Part shown: piece by piece, positions 51,363 to 63,882 of the stretch | Numbering within the stretch: the stretch's first letter is position 1 | Layout: every line of letters begins with the position of its first letter | From: Octopus vulgaris | Taxonomy: Eukaryota | Length of the DNA stretch: 64,000 bases | Assembly: GCA_951406725.2 (NCBI GenBank) | Contig: OX597815.1 | Location: 36,270,001-36,334,000, forward strand | Direction of reading: 5' to 3' | Made by a program: the position numbers and the translations under genes | The notes under the pieces: generated by a model | Databases searched by the model: none | The model's input: the letters and a program-made list of their open reading frames with translations, nothing else | Told to the model about the DNA's origin: nothing

Positions 51363-52130
51363 TTTCAAAGTAGAAACAGAGGGATTTTTAATTGCAGCAC
51401 AAGACCAAAGCCTCCCCACCAGAAATTACCAAAAACATGTAATGAAAAGAAATATTACAAGTAACTGCAGAATATGTGGAGATGAACAAGAAACAATAAA
51501 TCATATTATCTCTAGCTGCCCAGTCCTGGCTAAGAAGGAATATATTCACAGACATGACAGAGTTGGAACCTACATACATTGGAAGCTATGCCAACATTAT
51601 GGAATAACAACAGAAAAAAGATGGTATAGGCACACACCAGAAAAGGTCACAGAAAACGAGAAAGCAACCATACTCTGGGATATGCCGATACACACAGATA
51701 GAGAAATTAAGGCCAACAGACCAGATATAGTTGTCAGAGATCATGAAGAAAAAAATGCTTTCTAATTGATGTATCAATACCGGCAGATGACAATGTGTCT
51801 CTAAAAGAAATGGAGAAACTCTCAAAATACAAAGACCTGGAAATAGAGGTAACTAGAATGTGGACCTGAAAACAGAAACAATTCCTATCATAGTAGGTGC
51901 ATTAGGCATGATAAAAAAATATTCAGACAAATACATAACAAAAACACCAGGACTTACAAACACATATAACATACAGAAAATTGCACTACTAGGCACTGCA
52001 CACATCCTACGCAGAACACTTTCCATACAATAACCATCAGAGCATCACAACAAATCACAGCACATACCCAAGGCACACAGAGCTGCGCTCGGTAGTGAAG
52101 TGAAAGCACGCTATAAAAATAAAACTACTG
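51363..52130 (+). mobile_element. R4/Dong-clade non-LTR retrotransposon 3' end (CCHC plus restriction-like endonuclease) within (AAT)n
   Basis: ETEGFLIAAQDQSLPTRNY, CRIC...ETINHIISSC, RHD, NRPDIVV, then LIDVSIP...EKLSKYKDL...PIIVGALG after a frameshift in the A-run at ~51750; stop 52031-52033; (AAT)n at 51291-51353 and 52131-52172. Confidence 0.93.
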
Positions 52131-52172
52131 AATAATAATAATAATAATAATAATTATAATTATAATAATAAT

Positions 52173-52460
52173 GCCCTGTGCAGTCCCAGGCAGTGGCTCC
52201 CGTGGCTTCTGATCTTAACTGATTGGAAGTGTTATCATATACATTGTTTTGTCTTGGTATAAAAGATGGGCTACAGCAAATATTCTGCTCAATACCACAG
52301 ATTTGCTTGTCAGTTGTTTGACCTTAATCAGTTGACCATGTCTCTTAGTGGTTGACAATATGTGCATCTCTGATCACGAGCAGAAGTAGTGGGGGTGCAT
52401 CATAGCCATGTGTTGAGAGGGATTCTTTGGGGTTTGAATAAAACACCTCTGGAAACATTA
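52173..52460. repeat. Unclassified repeat-like segment between (AAT)n and (TA)n
   Basis: Bounded by microsatellites and compositionally distinct; only one copy in this window, so repeat status is inferred. Confidence 0.35.
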
Positions 52461-52494
52461 TTTTATATATATATATATATATATATTTCAAGTG

Positions 52495-52760
52495 AAGGCA
52501 TATGGCCTTTGTGGTTAGGGTGTTTTCACTAATGATCATAAGATTGCAGTTTCAATTCTCAAACCAGGCAGTGCATTGTCTTCTCGAGCAAAACATTTCA
52601 TTTCCCATTGCAGCAGCCCACTCAGCTGTCAATGAGTAACCCTACAATGGAATGGCATTCCATTCAGGGAGAATGGTGTGATCTTGATCATTTATAGACC
52701 ATAGGAACCAAGTAATCAACCCTATGAATCCTAGGATTCAAGACAGTACTTTTACTTACA
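52495..52760 (+). mobile_element. Old tRNA-derived SINE (CORE/V-like)
   Basis: tggcctttgtggttagg...gtttcaattc...cgagcaaaaca...ccctacaatggaatggcattccattcaggg...tacttttacttac. Confidence 0.6.
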
Positions 52761-52834
52761 TATATCAAAGGAACAGACACTCTAGTGAACCAAACCTGTG
52801 CTTTTACAATCATTAGAACCAAAAACAAAATATT

Positions 52835-53228
52835 TTGTTACCTGATTTTTACTGTTATCTTCTAATTGTTTCATGTTAGGGTACTGCCTTGAGAGGTTTA
52901 GTTAAACAAATCATACCCAGAACTTATTTTTTCAACTCTGGTACTTATTCTATTGGCTTCTTTTGCTGAGCTAAGTTACAAGGAGGTAAACAAACCAACA
53001 CCTATTGCCAAGCAGTGGGAGTGACAAAGCCAAAAACACAACATGTGTATAATTATATACACAATGGGCTTCCATATATTTTCCATCTATGAAATTTAGT
53101 GACAAGGCATTGGACAGCCTAGAGCTATAGTAAAAGACACTTGTCCAAGGAACTGCACAATGGAACTGAACCTAAAGCCACATGGTTGCAAAGTAATCTT
53201 CTTAACTGTACAGCTATGCCTGTGCCTA
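52835..53228 (-). mobile_element. Old full-length CORE-like SINE
   Basis: Aligns along its length to 701-1110, ending cagctatgcctgtgcctat. Confidence 0.75.
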
Positions 53229-54337
53229 TGTTATGAAAGTAAATTCTGCTAGAGCCAAACATTAATGTGATTTGAACTCAAAATGAACAAGTATACAACA
53301 GTACTGTATAATAATTTATCTGGCATTCTATTATTACTGTTAACTTACCACTTTCACTGAAGTTCTAATTTTGCTAAAAAGCCAACAATATGTTAGAGGT
53401 GGTGGTGTATGATACAGCCAAGTGAATCAATTCAAGTACACTATTGGTACTTATTTTATTGACCATGTAGAGATGGAAGGAAATAAAACCCGCAAGGGAT
53501 TTAAAACCAGAAAGCAAAAGGACGTAACTAAATACTGTAAAACATTTAATCTTGCTTTCTACCATTTCCCACACTTCACTGTCCTCTCTCAGACTAATTA
53601 TACAATGAAACAAATGTAAACAGAAAATTTGTCTTTGTGACATTAACTTCAATGCATTTCACAGTTGTTTTTAGTAGGCATGAACCATTGGGATTTTGGT
53701 TATTCCAGATCAACAATATCATAGAAATATTAATGAAAATAAAAATATTTTCAGAATCCTTCACTGTTAGAAGTTTCCAGACAATTATCATAAAAACGAA
53801 ATTATTATAATAACAACTGGGGAAAAAAATAATGAACGTTTTGTTTTAACAAGGCTCAAGAGTAGATAGATACAGTTGTAAGATAGCGTATTTAAATATT
53901 TGTTGTTATTGCTGTTTACCCCAGATAATTCCTGATGGAATAGGCCTAAGATCAAAAACATTCCACCTGTAACTATCAAGTCTTTTTTCAGACAGTCTGA
54001 TATTTAAGACTACATCATCCAGTATCCATTTAAAATGAGAAAGATACAATGCTATTCTTAACAGTTATATAAAGGCTCCATTTCATTCTTTGGTTATTGA
54101 TCATAGCAGGATGAAAAGTCAATTCTGGCAGAGTTCATAGCCTGTTTTTAATTAGGCAACAAACTTGTCCTTATCACCACCTTAACAGATAGATGATAAC
54201 TCTAGTGATTATAATTAGGGTAAAGCAATGAATGAAATTACATAAAATAAGGCTAGTAAATGCCATTATGGGAATTTGGATGTGACAATCTTACTGCTGC
54301 TGAGAACAATGATAGTGGTGGTGGTGGTATAGATGAT

Positions 54338-54526
54338 TAAGGCGGCGGGCGAAATGCTTAGCGTTGTGAGTTCAAATTCCGCTGAGGTCGACTTTGCCTT
54401 TCATCCTTTCGGGGTCGATAAATTAAGTACCAGTTACGCACTGGGGTCGATGTAATCGACTTAATACCTATGTCTGTCCTTGTTTGTCCACTCTGTGTTT
54501 AGCCCCTTGTGGGTAATAAAGAAATA
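54338..54526 (+). mobile_element. Young Meta-like SINE with head deletions and 12-bp TSD
   Basis: TSD ggtatagatgat at 54326-54337 and 54527-54538; body close to 22546-22776. Confidence 0.9.
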
Positions 54527-55748
54527 GGTATAGATGATGATGCAGATAAAGATGGTGCTGGTGATGATGATAATGTTGCCAACATGTTTTCTTTTGAATT
54601 TACAAGTGATTTTACAAGTGACCCTAATGAATGACTAGCTTAGCCACAGCCAACATTAGGTAATAATCAAGAAGCTATAGACAGACATGAGAGAAGAATC
54701 AGGCAAAAGATATTCAACAGTTATACAATTCATTCGCAAGTACCACCACCCCTAACACCACCCCACTGACAAACAGTTAAACATAAGTAAACAGGTAGTT
54801 TTCTGGCAATCAGTGTGCTTATCCAAACATGACCTGGATTTCCCTGAAAATTCAGGTCAAATTTCTCCCTGAACATACCTAACATTTCTAATTCTTTCCT
54901 AGATCAGATGAAAAGTCAGTTGATACACATACATAAAATGTATTTAGAAAAGACAAAAACAACAAAAAAAAAATGTGTGCGTAATGCGCACGTGCATCAG
55001 GAACAACTCTTGGTCGTTAAGCCACAGCATTCAAATCTAGAAATGTAAACCATATAATTACCACAGGAGCTGTATAATGTAACATGTATGTACCACTTTT
55101 CCAGTTGCCTCTCATAAAAAACGAAAGATTTCTTTTTGTTATTAAAATCTGATTTATTTGAGCTCATTTCTATATCTGAGTCATACATTTTATTCCAGGA
55201 AATGCAACTGGTATGTGTGTGTGTGCGTAAGTATATAGATAATATATACATACATGGTTTCTCAGAGTTTATAGAAATGCTTGTATATAAGACATCAGTG
55301 ATTGATTAATAGAATATATTACATTTAGGAGTGTGCATAAAATAAATGTTTTGACTACAGACCAGACTCAAAGAACAAGATATATTTGTAAGAATTAGTC
55401 TGTGTGATATTCCAAAACTTTCTAAGTTTGAAATGAATTGACTTCAACTGGGAATTGCAACTCAGTTAATCTTTGCTTTCAATACATTACACAGTTTTAA
55501 AACATAGCAAGATGTTAGATGATAAATATTTGAATAAGAAACAAGAGGAAGAGGGGGAAGTGGAAGAAAAGGGAGGTGGAGGAAGTAGAAATGGATACAG
55601 GTATGATTTAGAAAGAGACAGCTAGAATATGGTCACTGGAAACAGAATCAATCTTCATAACAGTTTTTGAATTTATAAAAATGTGAAAACAAAACATGGC
55701 CCGTACACAATGGACATGGAACTGGTTACACAATAAAAATAAAAATAA

Positions 55749-56146
55749 CTAGCTGTATAGCCCAGCGTTGCTTGGGCTTGTTTTCTTTTCGACCCTTTAG
55801 AATTGGAATTTTTGAAAAGTAAAAATTTTGCATAATGTAGCTTGTTATTCTCTTTAAGTGAACATTTTTCTGGTTGAAATACACCAAAAAATGGTGACAC
55901 AGCAGTAAAAAAATCACCAAAAATAGGGATTTTCATAGAAAAAAGGCACCTTTTTGAGGTAAATAATTTTTGGTGTTAACATGGTCCTATTTGAATTTTT
56001 TCTTCTACGGAAGGAAGAGCAAGCCTTCTTCTATCACACTCTCAATTTTGGTCAACTTGCACCACAGGGTCTCGGAGGAGATAGTGTTAGTTGAAGGCAA
56101 CCAAACCTGCCATACATAGACAACTTCAGCTTTATGTATATAAAGA
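55749..56146 (-). mobile_element. Non-autonomous Helitron
   Basis: Minus strand A|TCtttatatacataaagctgaag...GCCCAAGCaacGCTGGGC tatacag CTAG|T: 5' TC, subterminal GC hairpin, 3' CTAG, AT target, no TSD. Confidence 0.85.
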
Positions 56147-56894
56147 TTTTAAAATAGGCACAAAACCTGAAGGTTTGGGAAGAGGATGAGTTGAATTACA
56201 ATGTTGCCAGTACGTAACTGCTATTTTATATTATTTTATTAACCTTGAAAGGATGAAAGGCTAAATCAACTTCAGCAGAATTTGAACCCAGAATGTAAAA
56301 AACATTGAAATGCTGCTAAGCAGTTTTGTCTGACATGATAATGATTCAAGTAGCTCACTGGGTTGGTACTTGTTACATATATTTGTGGATTATGTGAATT
56401 TATATTGGTGTTTCAACATTTCCATAATATGTATGTATGCATGCATGCAGATATAAACACGATATATAAGAAAGAAATGCTATTCCATACACACACACAC
56501 ACACACACAGTTATTGTGTGTTATAAGATACTGACAGGATGAGTACAGAAACTGATAGGTACTTATGTTACATGAACATATAAACATTAGTATTCAAAGA
56601 GACCGACATTGGCAAGAATTGACACAGTAAAAAAAGTGTTAGTGTGACACAAAGAAAGAACATATCTAGTATTTTTGACTGAAATTGATTTCCCCATTAA
56701 TATCAGTCACAGAATGACCATAGTCTCTAATGATGAATCGCTATTTAAAATGACAGATAACAAGACCTTTACTGAAACAACCCCAAAAAAAATCAGTGAT
56801 AGCATACTGCATAGAATTATTGATGTTTGATAAAACATAACTGTTGGAACTGACAATTAAACTATCCTGTCATTGTATAGAAGGTTATATTCAA

Positions 56895-57499
56895 GTTCTG
56901 CTTTTAATTCGACGGTCATTTGGAATGCTCACAGCAGCCATATTCCTACCGCTCTATATCACGCTGGTGAGACCCATATTGGAGTACAGGATTCAGGCCT
57001 CTTCTCCTTATCTCCTCAAAGACATACATCATCTCGAAAGAGTCCAGAAGCTGGCTACCCGCATGGTTCTTGGTCTCAAGCATTTGTCTTATGAAGAAAG
57101 GCTGAAGACGCTCGACCTTTATTCTCTCGAAAAACGCTGACACCGTGGTGATCTCATTCTCATTCACAACATCACAAGCGGAAAGTGTAACCTCTCTAAA
57201 GAGCTGTTCTTCACTCCTGCTCCAGAGCATGGGCTGCGGGGTCACTCTGAAAAGCTCTATCTACGACAATTTCATCTCAATTGAAAGAGAGGGGCTTTCT
57301 CCGTTTGAGTTGCGGACCCGTGGAATAAGCTGCCGGACGAGATAGTGAAGATGCCGACGACTGCTCAGTTCAAAGCCTCTCTTGACCAGAAATGGCCTGA
57401 ACTCTTTGTATGACCACCCTCCCTGTACATAACTCCCTGTGCCCCTACATGGCCTTGCTTTTGCTTTTTGAGCCAATAAAAATTGAATTGAAAAAAAAA
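56895..57499 (+). mobile_element. CR1-clade LINE 3' end (second family)
   Basis: LYITLVRPILEY...LERVQKLATRMV..LSYEERL..LDLYSLEKR*HRGDLI...LRGH...WNKLP; in-frame TGA stops consistent with CGA decay; aataaa and tail at ~57475-57499. Confidence 0.92.
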
Positions 57500-58248
57500 G
57501 ATAACAATAGTGAGTCCTATCTATAACTCCTTTTAAACCTTAAAGTGAATATGATACATCTTTGTGTATCATATTTAAGTGTTTACTTCTGCAGAATCCA
57601 TCTTTTCTCCATTTGTATCCACAGTATGAATTATAAGTCAGCATTGTTAACTAAAAAAAAGTCTATGTCAAATTTTGTAGAGATGCTGTTACTTAAAGTA
57701 ATGGACCAATTTTTCTTTATGTTGTCCACTTTCAGTAAAGTGGGCTGGGCCAGTAGAGAAATGAGTCCCTTTATCACAGACACTACACTATTCACCGCTG
57801 ATGACAGGACAACAAAGTGTTTATCCTAAAAATACAAGATCCATTTAAAGAATGATAATAGAGATTACATCAGTAAGTTACTTACAAAAAGCGGTTGACA
57901 AAGAATCTATGTGAAATGTAGCAATTTTATTCAGTAAATACTATTCAGTGGTGGAATTAAGGAGAGACTTAATAATACATGGGGCTGGTTTGCATGTGCA
58001 CATGCATTAGTGTATATATGTAGGCATGTATATATGTAATTGTGGGTGTGTGTTCATTGTTGACAGCCAAGCTACATTTGCAGCCTACAATGGTTTCAAC
58101 AGTAACTGGAACTACATGACTGTACAAGCAAAGGAAGATTTTATGTGGTTGTTAGAGCTGCAAGAAATATCAACCAAATTTCCTTCAAATCAAACCCTAC
58201 TATTCTAAATAAGGATATATTAAACAATATAAGCCTACAAACTTCAGA

Positions 58249-58286
<38 letters not shown>

Positions 58287-58287
58287 T

Positions 58288-58478
58288 TCATTTAGGCAGA
58301 TGTATAAATGTATAAATACCAGACCCTTATATTGACAGCCAGCTTCCTGAAGATTTCATCTGAATGAAACAGTTCTAGTCCTGTAGAAGCTCCTTCTATA
58401 AAATAAATTACTTTACTCTGCTATGTATTGAGTACCTTATTTACTGTGGTTAACCCCGACTCAACCCGGGACCAACAT
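58288..58478 (+). mobile_element. ~190-bp non-coding pLTR/retrozyme-like element between (TA) tracts
   Basis: TATAAA twice (58303, 58311), hammerhead at 58341-58391, AATAAA at 58402, microsatellite flanks. Confidence 0.6.
58341..58391 (+). ncRNA. Type I hammerhead ribozyme
   Basis: AGCUUC CUGAAGA uUUCaucuGAAu GAA ACAG uucuaguc CUGU A GAAGCU: 6-bp stem I, complete core, 4-bp stem III, GUA cleavage triplet; stem II weak (U-U at 10.1/11.1). Confidence 0.8.
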
Positions 58479-58490
58479 ATATATATATAT

Positions 58491-58682
58491 ATCATCATCA
58501 TCATCATCGTTTAACGTCCGTTTTCCGCGCTAGCACGGGTTGTACGGTTTCGACCGGGGTCTGGGGAGCTAGGGACTGCCCCAGGCTCCAGTCTAGTCTG
58601 GCAGTGTTTCTACAGCTGGATGCCCCTCCTAACGCCAACCACTCCGCGAGTGTAGTGGGTGTTTTTTACGTGCCACCTGCAC

Positions 58683-58686
<4 letters not shown>
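58491..58686 (-). mobile_element. Young RTE-tail module copy in (TA)n
   Basis: Near-identical to 29926-30114; (TA)n on both sides. Confidence 0.88.
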
Positions 58687-58728
<42 letters not shown>

Positions 58729-60262
58729 ACATATATATGAAATCAGAAAATTGACCATAAGTCAGGAAAATAACACAATATAATAAAGCAGTAATATTTA
58801 AAAATACTGCCAAGCAGTATATTACTGGTTGTGTGATGTATAACTGGATAATACCAATTGTAACATATATACTCATACACACATGTGCATACATGCTTTA
58901 CACTTGTACATGGTACATATAATTGTAGCCCATCCTCATAAAAATACCTTAAACACTTAGCATGTTTATAAATCTCTCTTTTTATATATATATATGCACG
59001 TACACATACACGCTCACCATAACAATGAGGGTCACAGTACTAATTTATTTACTTCCTCTCCATGAATTAACAAAAAAATGAAAGTCTATGTCTAGATGGC
59101 TGTGTTCCTATTTCAATGGAGCTAAATGCAATATATTATAAATCATTTTATTATGAATTAGAAACAGTACTAGCGTTGTAAACATTTTTAATTGCACATA
59201 CTCAATGTATGTATTTTGCTTGTTTGCTGGTTCACTGCAGTATAGCATTTTGGAGACAACTACCTCGTAACATTGGGTGCTAAGCACCTGAAAGTCGTAG
59301 ACAGGCAAGACAACGTGCCTCCAATCCCATTCAGGAGTGATGGATACCAATATTTCACCATTTTTGTGGTTTATCAACATCATGTACCTGAATTGAACCG
59401 TACAGAAATAAAGATGGTTATTGGTAAAAAGTGTTAGATGTAAATGAAGTGTGATAAAGTGAGACAGAATGATGGTTAGTAATAAAAAAAGAGTGAATGA
59501 CATAAGTATTGAATAAGATAGTTCTAGGGCCATTCCTTGTTACATAGGTGTTGTGTCTGAAAAAAGGTATAGTAATAAATCGCGATATTGGTAGGCATTT
59601 TGGATAGAACTGTAGAGAGTTCTATCCAATATTCCAAACTTGAAAACAATCGATTAACTTACACTATACTGCAAAGTACACCCGTATTATTAAACACTTC
59701 ACAATGTAATGAATTTAATGAAACAGAGTCTGGTTGTTTAAAATATGAAGAGCAAAATCAATCAATAGAACAAATGTTAACCTGTCTTGCAAAGATAAAT
59801 GGATTAACTGATTATCCTTTTTAAAATTCAAATGAAGATATTCGATCTAATAAATTGAAGGTCCTCTTGCATGCTAAAAAGTAAACATTTAATGTTTGTC
59901 TAAATTTATCTTTATTGGAATCAAAATTAAACTAATTTGTGCTGCATTTCCAAACAGATAAAAGCAATGAGTAACCTTCTTCAATGCATTGTATTGAAAA
60001 CAGAAAGACACATAGGATAATGTAGTCCTAGCTACACCATGCCTAAAAAAAAGTCAAAATGATCATGGCTGCCAAAGGCGAAACCAATCGAATCTGACCT
60101 GGGGTTAAACAGCATCTTCACTTAATACTCCTTTCTGCTATAAGCATAAGGCCTCAAATCTGTAGGGGGGGGGGATAGTATTGACCCCAGTATTCAACTG
60201 GTACTTAATTTATCAATCCCAGGAAAGATAAAAAGCAATGTCAAAGTGGAATTTGAACTCAC

Positions 60263-60578
60263 AATGTCTCTGTCTCTCTATCACACTAGCATTTCATCAT
60301 CTAGCACAAGATCAGTTCCTCCAATATCCTCTCCCCTCTCAAAGGATCTTTGTCTTGCAAGTTACTTAGTGACCCTGCCAGTGTTGGTGCCATGTAAAAA
60401 GCATCCAGTCCACACTGTTGAGTGGTTGGCATTAGGAAGGGCATCCAGCTGTAAAAACCATGCCAAAACAGACAGCAAAGCTTGGTGCAATCTCCTGCCT
60501 AGCCAGCTCCTGCCAAACCGTCCGACCATGCCAGCATGGAAAGCGATGTTAAATGATGATGATATTAAATGATGATGA
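60263..60578 (+). mobile_element. Single-unit RTE-tail module element nested in a Meta-like SINE
   Basis: The host SINE (minus strand) stops at gaatttgaactca and resumes at aacataaaagacagacgaaatgcc. Confidence 0.8.
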
Positions 60579-61350
60579 ACATAAAAGACAGACGAAATGC
60601 CATTAAGCATTTTGTGCAGCATGCATCTTCACAAAATACTGATGTTTATAATAATTCCAATCATATCCAAGACATAGGAGTACAACTGACTGGAACTTAA
60701 CTGGTATTTTATTTTATTGAACCTAGAGGGAAAATAGGCAAAGTCCACCTCAGTGGGATTAAACACAGAACATAGCATGGAAAACGGACGTTAAACAATG
60801 ATGATGATAAAAAGAGCTAAAACTAAATTCTGCACACATTTTTGTCCACCACTCTACTGATTCTAATAGTAGTAAGCATTATTAATAATTTTAGACTTTA
60901 ATTGAAAGTTGCAATAGATATAAATGACAACAACAAAATTAATGGGGTTTTCTGTAGTTATTTGACCAACTAGAAATAGCAACCAAATTTGTCTCAAATC
61001 ATATCCTACTGTAAAAAAAAAGGGAAAAGAATATCAGGTTGACCATTTAGATTCTCCAGAGATGTCTGGCAAATCACTGCAAAGTTCGGAGTTTCTATGG
61101 AAATTATTGTGATATGTCATTCCATAGATAAATATGATAGTCTAGTCATACTGTGTGTCTGTATAAAACTGCAACTGTCTGGAATTTGTGCTCTGATTAC
61201 ATTTTTTCATCAAATATCAACCTTAAATTCACAATGACTGAACATCCAGCCATGCTTACATAGAGTACTATTGTAATTCGTATTAAATACAACAGAGAAA
61301 TATAATAATATAGCTATATCTTGTCTTATGGAAAGATTACATTCACAAAA

Positions 61351-61720
61351 ATCATCATCTTTCAATACCTATTTTCCATGTTAGCATCGGATGGATGGTT
61401 TGACAGGATATGGCATGCGGCAGGGCTGCATTATATTCCAGTATCAGTTTTGGCAGGGTTTCTACAGCTGATGTTCTTCCTAATGCCAACCACTTTATGG
61501 TGTATACTGGGTGTTTTTTTTAAGCCTCTAGCACTAGTGAGGTTACCAAGTAACACACACACACACACACAACAGAGGAGAAAAAGAGCTTTCATTGCTA
61601 AGTGGGTGGGGGAGTATTTGAGAGAGAGGGAGGTAACTTTACACTTGGTGTTGAAAGCTAGAGTACAATAGAGAGACAAATACAGGTGACTTGCCATGGA
61701 AGAGCTACATGACTACCCCA
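61351..61720 (-). mobile_element. Old single-unit RTE-tail module element
   Basis: gtttctacagctgatgttcttcctaatgccaaccacttt...cactagtgaggttaccaagtaac; upstream segment shared with 16810 and 60263. Confidence 0.65.
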
Positions 61721-63013
61721 TATGCTGCCGTAATGTGAAATTCTATAATGCAAAACATAATATTTTCCCATTGAATTGTATGTTCATGGACTTCCATACA
61801 ACATAAAAGTTAATGGTAAAATAGATTCCATGTTAAAAAACTCCACATTGCAACAAAAACTTCTAGGACCACAACTTTCCATAATGCAGGAGATGCCTAT
61901 ATGGTTATTACATCACACATAATGAGATAAAAGTATACAGAACTATCTATAGTTATTATGCCAATGCTAAATAATAAAGGTACACAGTACTTTAGTTATT
62001 ATGCCATAGTTAAATATGATACAGGCAGCCACACAATACTGTAATTACAGCAAGACATGATCCTGTTTTTTCCCCTCTTCCTTTTTCAGAGTTTTTCTTT
62101 TCATTTCCATTTCACCTCATACACACACATTATATATATACACTCAGAAAATTATTTAGAATAGGATTTCAGTGACTAATTTCTCCATTTATTGAAACAA
62201 AAATCTATAATGATTAGAATAAAATAAATACAGAACAGATACACCAGCAGTTTCACAGAACCAAGCATTTAGAGAGAATGTAAATAAATTTAAATATTTC
62301 AGATACATTTCAACTCTTTCCATGTGCACGTGCATGTGTGTGTGTGATATTTCTGTTTTAACTTCATATAGTATATCAAATCTAAGACCAAATTAGAAAT
62401 ATCTTTTTTTATCTTTTGTGCCTAAAGGATAAACTATGACAAAAAAATTGAGCAGAGATTTATTCCAATGAATAAATAAACTATTACATGTACCAAGTCC
62501 TTTTTTTTTCCACCTACATGTGTGAACCAAACATTGTGTGAACAGGTTAAATCCCTTTATATGTATGTTTGATGTCAACTGCCATGTGACTGATACGTGT
62601 CAAAGGTTGAAGGTCATGCATGAAGCCATTACAAGTGCAACACTTTGTTTTTCATGTTTAGCTCACTGCTTCATCTACTGTGGAGAGAATTTATTCTTTG
62701 AACCCAAATTACTTTGACAGTCTTTCTGCTTGCAAAAATCTCCATAAAAATTATAGAGACATGACACAGAAAGACTGTGTGGAAGCCAATTTTAGTCATA
62801 AGATAAATTTTACCTTTCATAAATTAACAGGATAAACAAGCAGAATTCAGTCAAGATTTTTTGAAAAAATAATAGCCTTCTTTACACATAAACTTGAATA
62901 TTTGTTAGTCTTCCAAAAATCAGCTGACAGACAATGGCACTGAGGTAATGAGAGAGCTTCTACATCATTGCTTGAGACGTTCTAGAGAAAGAAGTTAAAT
63001 ATCCTTCAAATTA

Positions 63014-63882
63014 CTGGGTCATCCCATAAATAATGCAGTTTTTTTAATACTTTTTTTATTTTTCAAAATTAAGATAAACAGAGTTCTTTTCTTAATCCAA
63101 AATATACTCTCCTTCATTTTCTATAATGTTCTTCCATCTACTGGCAGACTTGCAAGGCTCCTCTTCCAAAATTCACTTGTCTGTAATGAAAAATACTCCT
63201 CCAGTACTGTTCTGACCTCATCTACAGAATTCATATTTTTTCCGTCCAAATGATTTTGAAGACTGCGGAATAAATGATTATTGGATGGGGCAATGTTTGG
63301 TGAATATGATGGATGGGCATCATTTCCCATTCAAACTGCTCCATCCTTTGGAATGTCATCCTCGTTATATTTGGCTAAGCATTATCCTGATGGAAAAACA
63401 TCTTTCGCCTTGAAACCAAAGATGGTTGTTTTTCTTCTAGTGCTGACTTAAGCCACTCAAGCTGCTCGCTAGCACCTCAACAGTTTGCAGGATGTCCTCG
63501 TCGAGCTCTACAGATCTTCCAGGATGAGGCTCGTCCACTAGGCTGTAGGTTCCGGCTCAGAATTTCTGGAACCACCATTGACACTGGCTTGTGCTTATTG
63601 TCCAACCCCTATACACTGCATTAATATCCCTCGCTCTTTCCATTGCGTTGTTGCCTTTATTGAACTCATAAAGCAAAATATGCCAAGTATGCTGTTTTGT
63701 CACTTCCATTATAGCTTTGAGAAAATAACTGTTAAAAACGAACTGCACTCTTCAAAACTTGCACTAAGAATAAGTACAAGGTAAAATTACTACCTGCTTT
63801 TATAGCAAGTTGATGTGGGTAGCTTATTCTGCCCTCACCCTGACTTTTAGTTCATGCAACTGAAAAAACTGCATTATTTATG
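63014..63882 (-). mobile_element. Mariner transposon, internally deleted transposase pseudogene
   Basis: TA|ctgggtcatcccataaataatgcagtttt TIR and a partial inverted copy at 63863-63882; ATG at 63709 MEVTKQH..HILLYEF..G...WFQKF, D.P.PGR, HQDNA, HPSYSPNIAPSNNHLF, stop at 63092. Confidence 0.93.

Noticed and set aside
59108-59824. ORFs of 141 and 78 aa and a possible Tc1-like MITE at ~59543-59686
   Set aside because: No recognisable domains, and the inverted termini are too degenerate to support
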